This document shows positions 1 to 5,986 of a stretch of 10,021 nt of DNA, piece after piece. The stretch spans positions 1 through 10,021 of the forward strand of contig JBGGMM010000240.1 of NCBI GenBank assembly GCA_041288045.1, in the 5' to 3' direction. Made by a program: the position numbers and the translations under genes. Source of the stretch: Pseudobdellovibrionaceae bacterium (GTDB lineage Bacteria; Bdellovibrionota; Bdellovibrionia; Bdellovibrionales; Bdellovibrionaceae). The notes below the pieces were generated by a model that saw nothing but the letters and a program-made list of their open reading frames with translations, had not been told where the DNA came from and did no database searches. Each line of letters begins with the position of its first letter. Position 1 is the first letter of the stretch.

Positions 1-814
1 GATTGGATTCATCATACATTTTGAGCTCTTCATTGATGTCACGATAATCTTGCAAAGGATCTTGTGAGCTCATCCCAGAAACATCCACGAGGTGAACAAA
101 AACCTTTGTTCTTTCGATGTGTTTTAAAAACTGAATGCCCAGGCCAATGCCTTGATGGGCCCCTTTCACGAGTCCTGGAATGTCTGCAACGACAAAGTTT
201 CGAAAATCCCCAGCCTTCACCACACCTAAATTTGGAGTCAATGTTGTAAACGGATAATCGGCGATCTTGGGTTTTGCCGCTGAGATTCTGGAAATCAAAG
301 TCGACTTTCCCGCATTGGGGAAGCCAACGATTCCAACATCGGCAATCAGTTTGAGCTCCAATTTGACTTCGAGTTCCTCTCCGGGTTCACCAGGCTGAGC
401 GTGCTCTGGAGCTTGATTGACACTTGTTTTAAAGAACCAATTGCCTTTTCCGCCTCGGCCACCTTTTAACAGCACGTACTCTTGAACGCCGGTCATATCG
501 ACGAGAATTTCACCTTCTGAGCTTCGCACGATCGTTCCTTGAGGAACATGCAGAATCATATCGGAGCCGTGAGCACCTGTGCAGTTGGCACCAGAGCCCT
601 GCTGTCCACTTTGAGCTGCGTAGCGTTTGTTGCGACGAAAATCGACCAAAGAGTTGAGGCTCTTTTCGACTTTCAAAATAACGTCGCCGCCCTTGCCGCC
701 GTCGCCTCCATCGGGTCCACCCCTTGGAGTCATAGCTTCACGGCGAAAGCTCACACAGCCCTGTCCGCCTTTGCCCGAGGCGATCACAATATTCACTTCA
801 TCGATGAATTTCAT
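1..814 (-). CDS. obgE: Obg/CgtA GTPase, 3' end truncated by the window edge
   Basis: Manual translation of the minus strand from ATG at 814: [43 protein letters not shown] (Gly-rich Obg fold), then [22 protein letters not shown] (G1), YPFTTL (G2), DIPGL (G3) and FLKHIERT. Frame is open to position 1. Canonical position downstream of rplU-rpmA. Not in the supplied ORF track. Confidence 0.98.
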   Translation of the reverse strand, partial: MKFIDEVNIVIASGKGGQGCVSFRREAMTPRGGPDGGDGGKGGDVILKVEKSLNSLVDFRRNKRYAAQSGQQGSGANCTGAHGSDMILHVPQGTIVRSSEGEILVDMTGVQEYVLLKGGRGGKGNWFFKTSVNQAPEHAQPGEPGEELEVKLELKLIADVGIVGFPNAGKSTLISRISAAKPKIADYPFTTLTPNLGVVKAGDFRNFVVADIPGLVKGAHQGIGLGIQFLKHIERTKVFVHLVDVSGMSSQDPLQDYRDINEELKMYDESN

Positions 815-828
815 AAAAACCTAATAAC

Positions 829-856
829 AAAAAAGGAGCCGTATGTGGCTCCTTTT
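829..856 (-). terminator. Intrinsic terminator between rpmA and obgE
   Basis: Minus strand reads AAAA-GGAGCC-ACATAC-GGCTCC-TTTTTT: a 6-bp GC-rich stem (835-840/847-852), a 6-nt loop and a U6 tract (829-834), about 30 nt after the rpmA stop. A T4 run on the plus side could make it weakly bidirectional. Confidence 0.8.
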
Positions 857-886
857 CCATTCTTACTGAAAGAGTTTCTCAGTCGT

Positions 887-1147
887 TTACGCTGATTTAG
901 GGTAAACGCTGATTTTGAATTTTTCTTTGGAGAAACGTTCGAACTTTACCTGACCTTCAACGACTGAATAAATCGTGTAGTCACGGCCCATGCGAACATT
1001 GTTTCCAGTATGGAATTTTGTTCCACGCTGACGAACAATGATTGTTCCAGGCTGAACTGTTTCACCACCAAATCGTTTCACACCTAGTCTTTTACTCTGT
1101 GAATCGCGTCCGTTTTTCGTCGAACCGCCGGCCTTTTTACTTGCCAT
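887..1147 (-). CDS. rpmA: 50S ribosomal protein L27 (bL27)
   Basis: [24 protein letters not shown]...[23 protein letters not shown] is the standard L27 signature; 86 aa; directly downstream of rplU. Confidence 0.99.
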   Translation of the reverse strand: MASKKAGGSTKNGRDSQSKRLGVKRFGGETVQPGTIIVRQRGTKFHTGNNVRMGRDYTIYSVVEGQVKFERFSKEKFKISVYPKSA

Positions 1148-1173
1148 AGTCTCACCCCATTAACTTTGAATTC

Positions 1174-1752
1174 TTAAGCTTTTTTGCTTGTTTTCTTTGC
1201 TGCTGTTTTCTTACCGCCGGATTTTTTAGCGCCGGCCTTTTTCTTGGCGGCTCCAGATTTTTTTGGAGCTGCTTTTTTTGCTACTTTTTTCTTTGCTGCT
1301 GGCTTGGCTGACTTTTCAGCTTTTGCTTCGCCTCGGTTCTGAAGAGCTGCTTGCTTTTCTTCAGTTCGAGCTGCAATTCGTTCCTGGCGTTGTTGATCAA
1401 CGTCAATGACATTGGCTTCAGCATCCGCTTTCGCTGTTTGACCGTCCAATGAAATGGATTTCACAAACAGTTCTGTGAAATGCTGACGATGAGTTGCGAA
1501 TTTACGATAGCCCTGACGGCGTTTCTTTTTGAAGACAATGACTTTGCGATCTTTTGTTTGCTTTGTCACAACGACAGTGACCTTGGCGTTTTTAACAAGA
1601 GGCGCGCCCACTGCAGGAGTGGAACCACCAACCAACAAAACTTCAGTGACATCAAATTCTGATCCGAGAGCATTTTCCAATTTTTCCACGCGAATCACAT
1701 CGCCTGGTTGAACTCGATACTGCTTTCCGCCTGATTGAATAATGGCGAACAT
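1174..1752 (-). CDS. rplU: 50S ribosomal protein L21 (bL21) with a ~90-aa C-terminal extension
   Basis: MFAIIQSGGKQYRV..GD...VEKL and KVIVFKKKRRQGYRK..THRQ.FTEL match L21 over aa 1-100. SD GGAGG at 1763-1759, 6 nt before the ATG. Confidence 0.98.
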   Translation of the reverse strand: MFAIIQSGGKQYRVQPGDVIRVEKLENALGSEFDVTEVLLVGGSTPAVGAPLVKNAKVTVVVTKQTKDRKVIVFKKKRRQGYRKFATHRQHFTELFVKSISLDGQTAKADAEANVIDVDQQRQERIAARTEEKQAALQNRGEAKAEKSAKPAAKKKVAKKAAPKKSGAAKKKAGAKKSGGKKTAAKKTSKKA

Positions 1753-1786
1753 TTTTGACCTCCAAAATGGGCAAACAAAGTCCCCT

Positions 1787-1815
1787 TAGATGCCATCCGG
1801 CAAGAGGCTTGTCAA
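1787..1815 (-). promoter_or_regulatory. Possible sigma70 promoter for rplU-rpmA (good -35, poor -10)
   Basis: Perfect TTGACA at 1815-1810 on the minus strand, about 60 nt before the rplU ATG. At 17-nt spacing the -10 position reads TG-G-CATCTA, a poor match to TATAAT. Confidence 0.4.
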
Positions 1816-1914
1816 CAAAGAGTCCCTACTTTTTCCACATTCTGTTGAATGCCTTTTTTTGAGGCTTTCTTGAAAAGCAAAAATTAAGTCTAACTCTTTG
1901 ATTTTACTGTGCTT

Positions 1915-3432
1915 CTACAAAATAAAAATTTCGTACTGCTCGACATGATAGCTGGGTTCAATCTTAAAGGCGACGGATTTTCCCAGTTTTTGCTCAATGA
2001 AATTCAACGTTTCACCTTCAACTTCGTAAATCCAATCCACCACTTCTTGATGGCAGTGAACCACGATGTTGGTTTTTTTGTTTTCAATCTGTGGAAGATC
2101 CCGCTCCAGCTCTCGGAAAATTTCATTGGCAACGGTGGATTTGCGCTTGGTAAAGCCTTTTCCTTCACAGTAGGTGCAGGGTTCGCAAAGAGTCTTGATC
2201 AGGCTTGGACGAATTCGTTTTCGGGTCATTTCTACTAAACCCAAAGGAGACATGGAAATGATGTTGGTTCTGGCCCGATCCTTTTGCAGCTCTTCTGCCA
2301 TCATGCTGAGAACTTTTTCGCGGTGGGATTCTTTTTCCATATCGATGAAATCAATGATGATGATCCCGCCGCAATTTCGAATGCGCAGCTGGTGGGCGAT
2401 TTCTTTGATCGCTTCCAGATTGGTTTTTAAAATTGTGTCTTCAAGGTCTCTTTTGCCGACGTATTTTCCTGTGTTGACGTCAATGACAACCAGCGCTTCT
2501 GCCTCGTCAATGACGATGTAGCCGCCGGATTTCAACCAGATTTTTCGATCCAAGGATCGAGAGATTTCCATGTCGATGTCATAGAGATCAAAAAGCGGTT
2601 TTTTCTCTTCGTAAAAAACGATGTTCTGTTTGTATTTGGGCATGAGCTGCGCAACGAATTTCGTCACTTTTTTGTGAACTTCAGGGTCATCAACCCAGAC
2701 GCTGGAGACATCTTCGTTCATCAAATCACGAAGAGCTCGCAGCTCGACGTCGATTTCTTGGTGGATCAGGCCTGTGCCTTTTTTCTTTTCGTAATTTTTG
2801 AAAACTTCTTTGCTCAGACGATCCAAATATTCAATGTCGTTTTTCAAACTTTCTTCTGAGGCGGCTTCGCCTGCAGTTCTGACAATCACTCCGCCTGAAG
2901 GGTTGATTTTGGTGACGAGGTTTTTCAGTCTTTCTCGCTCATCTTCATTTTCGATTCTTCTGGAAATACCTAGATGGCGAACTGTAGGAAGGTAAACAAT
3001 AAATCGGCCGGGCAAGCTGATATGCGTGGTCAGACGTGCGCCTTTGGTACCAATTGGGTCCTTGGCGACTTGAACGAGAATGTGCTGTCCTTCTGTCAAA
3101 AGATCCTGAATTGGAGTCTTTGGGGCCTCCACCAAAGGAGCTTGGTCGTCTTCATCGACAAGCGGGCCCTCGTCTCGATCAGGATCGCTGAACCCCTCGT
3201 CGAGATCTTCACGAATGTCGCCGACGTACAAAAAGGCGGCTTTTTCCAGACCTATGTCGACGAAGGCCGCTTGCATCCCGGGAAGAACTCGGATGACTTT
3301 GCCTCGGTGAATGGATCCCACCAAAGTCGGAGAGGTTTTTCTCTCGATCTTGAAATCCGCAAGCACTCCGCCTTCGATATAGGCGACTCGCGTTTCTTGG
3401 GGTCTAACGTTGATGAGAATCTCTGCCGACAT
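1915..3432 (-). CDS. rng: Rne/Rng family endoribonuclease, RNase G-sized
   Basis: S1 domain (G.IHRGKV.RVLPGMQAAFVDIG..KAAFL), QVAKDPIGTKGARLTT.ISLPGR, catalytic IDVNTG and GGIIIIDFIDM, LGLVEMTRKR, and a Zn-link CxxC (CTYCEG). At 505 aa it lacks the long RNase E scaffold. Confidence 0.93.
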   Translation of the reverse strand: MSAEILINVRPQETRVAYIEGGVLADFKIERKTSPTLVGSIHRGKVIRVLPGMQAAFVDIGLEKAAFLYVGDIREDLDEGFSDPDRDEGPLVDEDDQAPLVEAPKTPIQDLLTEGQHILVQVAKDPIGTKGARLTTHISLPGRFIVYLPTVRHLGISRRIENEDERERLKNLVTKINPSGGVIVRTAGEAASEESLKNDIEYLDRLSKEVFKNYEKKKGTGLIHQEIDVELRALRDLMNEDVSSVWVDDPEVHKKVTKFVAQLMPKYKQNIVFYEEKKPLFDLYDIDMEISRSLDRKIWLKSGGYIVIDEAEALVVIDVNTGKYVGKRDLEDTILKTNLEAIKEIAHQLRIRNCGGIIIIDFIDMEKESHREKVLSMMAEELQKDRARTNIISMSPLGLVEMTRKRIRPSLIKTLCEPCTYCEGKGFTKRKSTVANEIFRELERDLPQIENKKTNIVVHCHQEVVDWIYEVEGETLNFIEQKLGKSVAFKIEPSYHVEQYEIFIL

Positions 3433-3481
3433 AAGTCCTGCACCCTACCACATGTCTCGGCTGTGCCTAAGTCGGATTTTG

Positions 3482-3500
3482 CGCGTCAGCCTTTGACGCG
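3482..3500. promoter_or_regulatory. Perfect 7-bp inverted repeat in the rng/pilT divergent region
   Basis: CGCGTCA-gcctt-TGACGCG, near the middle of the 132-bp intergenic region. It contains -35-like TTGACG (3493-3498, plus strand) and CTGACG (minus strand). Function is inferred only. Confidence 0.45.
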
Positions 3501-3531
3501 ATTGCCAACGGTCCAGTTTCTCCGCATTTCT

Positions 3532-3558
3532 TCAGGCTTTCAGGGAATTTTCCGATAG
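3532..3558 (+). promoter_or_regulatory. Putative sigma28 (FliA)-type promoter for pilT
   Basis: TCAG(3532-3535)-N15-TCCGATAG(3551-3558) against the consensus TAAA-N15-GCCGATAA. Spacing is exact, the -10 matches 6/8 and the -35 matches 2/4. Confidence 0.55.
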
Positions 3559-3564
3559 AGGAGC

Positions 3565-4638
3565 ATGGCTGCAATTGATGAACTTTTCAAAGTGATGGTC
3601 GATCAGGGTGCTTCAGATCTTCATCTGACGTCAGGTGCTCCTCCCTTCTTGCGACTTCATGGACACATGGTTCCCATGAACTACCGCGAGCTTTCAAATC
3701 AAGACGTTCAGAGCCTGATTTTTGAAATTCTCACAGAAAAACAAAAAAAGCAGTTTGTCGAAAAGTGGGAGCTTGATATCGCCTACACAGTTCAGGGGTT
3801 GGGGCGTTTTCGTTGCAATGTCTTCATGCAGAGAAAAGGTTTGGCTTCTGTCTTCAGGATCATTCCTGAGAAAATCAAAACTCCGCAAGAGTTGAATTTG
3901 CCACCGGCCCTTATGGATTTGATTGATGCTGATAAGGGCTTGATCCTTGTCACAGGCCCAACGGGTTCCGGGAAGTCAACGACTCTGGCATCACTGATCA
4001 ATCACATCAACATGAATCAGGATTGTCACATTCTGACTGTTGAGGATCCGATCGAGTTCGTGCATCCAAATATCAAATCTGTGGTCAACCAGCGAGAAGT
4101 TGGAACTCACACAAAATCCTTTGCCAATGCTTTGAAAGCCGCTCTTCGAGAAGATCCAGATATCATGCTGGTGGGTGAGCTTCGAGATTTGGAAACGATT
4201 TCCTTGGCTTTAACAGCTGCTGAAACTGGACATTTGGTTTTTGGAACACTTCATACCAACTCTGCGGCTAAGACCATCGATCGTATTGTTGACGTCTTTC
4301 CAGAAGGACAACAGCAGCAGATTCGAACCATGCTGGCAGAATCTCTTCGCGGAGTTGTCGCGCAGGTTCTGTTTCCGAAAAAAGACGGTAAAGGCCGAAT
4401 CGCAGCTTACGAAATCATGAGATGCACAAAGGCGATTTCAAATCTGATCCGGGAAAATAAAATTCACCAGGTGGCTTCACAAATTCAAACAGGCCAGAAA
4501 TATGGAATGGTGCTTTTTGAAAAGTACATCGAAGATCTTGTGAAAAAGGGATTGGTCGCCAAATCCGATGCTCAAACATTCTTAGGAAAAGAATTCGAAG
4601 ACACGAATACTTCTGATAATTCCAAAAAAGCCGGCTAA
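3565..4638 (+). CDS. pilT: Type IV pilus retraction ATPase PilT
   Basis: N-terminal ASDLHL..G.PP, GRFRCNVF.QR.G, Walker A GPTGSGKSTT, Asp box HILTVEDPIEF, LREDPDIMLVGELRD (Walker B), His box AETGHLVFGTLHT, and the AIRNLIRE-like motif AISNLIRE typical of PilT; 357 aa. Confidence 0.96.
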   Translation: MAAIDELFKVMVDQGASDLHLTSGAPPFLRLHGHMVPMNYRELSNQDVQSLIFEILTEKQKKQFVEKWELDIAYTVQGLGRFRCNVFMQRKGLASVFRIIPEKIKTPQELNLPPALMDLIDADKGLILVTGPTGSGKSTTLASLINHINMNQDCHILTVEDPIEFVHPNIKSVVNQREVGTHTKSFANALKAALREDPDIMLVGELRDLETISLALTAAETGHLVFGTLHTNSAAKTIDRIVDVFPEGQQQQIRTMLAESLRGVVAQVLFPKKDGKGRIAAYEIMRCTKAISNLIRENKIHQVASQIQTGQKYGMVLFEKYIEDLVKKGLVAKSDAQTFLGKEFEDTNTSDNSKKAG

Positions 4639-4985
4639 AATTCCCAGCTGTATTGAAATAACATCGGCGCCCTTTTGGCCACTGGCGGAAGGGGTGCAGC
4701 CAGGTCCATAGCTGAAGATGTGCTTTTTTGACTTTGGGCCACCACATAGGCGGAGCCGCCCAGAACGCCGATTGCAAATCCTGTCCACACGTTTCCCACA
4801 TGTTCTTGCGGCTCTCCGTAAAAGCTCAATGTGCTCAGCCCCAAGATCGCGCCACCCAATCCGGCAAACATGACTGTCGCTAGGCCTCGGCGAAAGCCGA
4901 TAAGGCCAGAGCTAGTTGACGTTTGTGCAAGGCTCATCTGACAGACTAAAAAGCTGCTGAGAAAAATCAAAATAAATTTTTTCAT
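4635..4985 (-). CDS. Small exported or membrane protein of unknown function
   Basis: Signal peptide MKKFILIFLSSFLVCQMSLA, two Gly-rich hydrophobic segments, C-terminus MLFQYSWEF. Its start overlaps the acylphosphatase stop (ATGA, 4985-4982). Confidence 0.8.
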   Translation of the reverse strand: MKKFILIFLSSFLVCQMSLAQTSTSSGLIGFRRGLATVMFAGLGGAILGLSTLSFYGEPQEHVGNVWTGFAIGVLGGSAYVVAQSQKSTSSAMDLAAPLPPVAKRAPMLFQYSWEF

Positions 4986-5266
4986 TTCATCTCCGGATCT
5001 GGGCGAATTTCAAATCCCTGTTGTCCCGCCTCTTCATCCACTGATTTCACAAGGACTTCGCGCACCAAGGAAAATGCCGGTCCCTTTTTTAAAATTTCGC
5101 AATACCGATCTAAATCCTTCTCTGCTCCCGAAACCACGATTTCAACCCTTCCATCCAACAAATTTCGAGTCCAACCTGGAAGTGAAAGTGCTTCGGCCTG
5201 CTTTTGTGCAAAACGCCGGTAACCGACACCTTGCACTCGACCTGAAACAAAAATATGGTAAGTCAT
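4982..5266 (-). CDS. acyP: Acylphosphatase
   Basis: VSGRVQGVGYR phosphate loop with catalytic Arg, GWTRNLLDGRVE with catalytic Asn, and KGP. Start moved to ATG 5266 (94 aa, GGGAG just upstream) because the ORF-track start at 5350 overlaps deoC. Confidence 0.93.
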   Translation of the reverse strand: MTYHIFVSGRVQGVGYRRFAQKQAEALSLPGWTRNLLDGRVEIVVSGAEKDLDRYCEILKKGPAFSLVREVLVKSVDEEAGQQGFEIRPDPEMK

Positions 5267-5268
5267 TG

Positions 5269-5293
5269 CTCTCCCGAGGATTCTTAGGGAGAG
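5269..5293. promoter_or_regulatory. Inverted repeat in the 48-bp acyP/deoC divergent gap
   Basis: CTCTCCC(5269-5275)-N11-GGGAGAG(5287-5293). One arm is the acyP Shine-Dalgarno region. Confidence 0.45.
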
Positions 5294-5314
5294 TTCATCA
5301 TAGAGGAGGACTGG

Positions 5315-5986
5315 GTGCAACATCAATCGCTGGCGCGCTTCATAGATCAAACTTTGCTCAAGCCTGAAGCGACAAGCTCACAGATTTTGCATCTCTGCGA
5401 AGGAGCTCGTCAGCATCAGTTTTTCGGAGTTTGTGTCAATTCTTCTTTTGTTGAATTGGCAGTCAAGGAGCTTCAATCCACTTCGACCAAAGTTGTCTGT
5501 GTGGTTGGCTTTCCCTTGGGGGCTATGCTCACTGCTGGTAAATGTTTTGAAGCTGAAAAGTGTGTGCAAAAAGGAGCTCAAGAAATTGATATGGTTCTGA
5601 GTTTGGGCCGTTTGAAAGAAAAGAATTTTTCGGCTGTTCAATCTGACATTCAATCTGTGGTTAAAGCTTCACAAGGCGCTTTGGTAAAAGTCATTATTGA
5701 AACGGCGCTGCTGACTGATGATGAAAAAAAATCCGCAAGCTCTCTGTGCGTGGAAGCTGGTGCTCATTTTGTCAAAACTTGCACTGGCTTCATGGGTGGA
5801 CAGGCCACTGTCGCTGATATTCAGTTGATTCGCTCAGTTGTTGGTCCTGACATGGGCATTAAGGCCAGTGGTGGTGTGAAGACAGCTCAGCAAGCTTGGG
5901 ATCTGATTCAGGCGGGGGCTACTCGTCTTGGGACGAGCTCAGGTCTTGAATTGGTTGTGGGCCTTGATTCCAAAGGTGGTTACTGA
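5315..5986 (+). CDS. deoC: Deoxyribose-phosphate aldolase
   Basis: IDQTLLKP, VCV, VVGFPLG, GAQEIDMV, KVIIET, GAHFVKTCTGF (Schiff-base Lys), IKASGGV and GATRLGTSSG. GTG start with SD GAGGAGG at 5303-5309. Confidence 0.97.
   Translation: MQHQSLARFIDQTLLKPEATSSQILHLCEGARQHQFFGVCVNSSFVELAVKELQSTSTKVVCVVGFPLGAMLTAGKCFEAEKCVQKGAQEIDMVLSLGRLKEKNFSAVQSDIQSVVKASQGALVKVIIETALLTDDEKKSASSLCVEAGAHFVKTCTGFMGGQATVADIQLIRSVVGPDMGIKASGGVKTAQQAWDLIQAGATRLGTSSGLELVVGLDSKGGY

Noticed and set aside
64..895. Plus-strand ORFs 64..249, 539..895 and 627..824
   Set aside because: Antisense shadows of obgE; the Pro-rich text comes from reverse-complemented Gly codons.
1148..1173. Possible Prp (YsxB) protease gene or cleavable L27 N-terminal extension
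   Set aside because: Only 26 bp separate rplU and rpmA, and L27 starts directly with MASKK.
1851..1878. Short hairpins after rng (GCCT..AGGC, GCTTT..AAAGC)
   Set aside because: Stems are only 4-5 bp and have no correctly placed U-tract on the minus strand, so no terminator is called.
1480..3558. Plus-strand ORFs opposite rplU and rng, and the minus ORF 3252..3443
   Set aside because: They overlap well-supported genes almost entirely and show no recognisable motifs.
3694..4801. Minus ORFs 3694..3888, 3792..4001, 4415..4801 and 4582..4788
   Set aside because: Antisense to pilT or alternative frames of the 4635..4985 gene.
4896..4903. Perfect sigma28 -10 box GCCGATAA on the plus strand
   Set aside because: The -35 position reads TCGC, and the site is explained by the Leu-Ile-Gly codons of the minus-strand gene.
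5267..5350. N-terminal extension of acylphosphatase in the ORF track
   Set aside because: It overlaps deoC and its SD; the domain begins at Met 5266.
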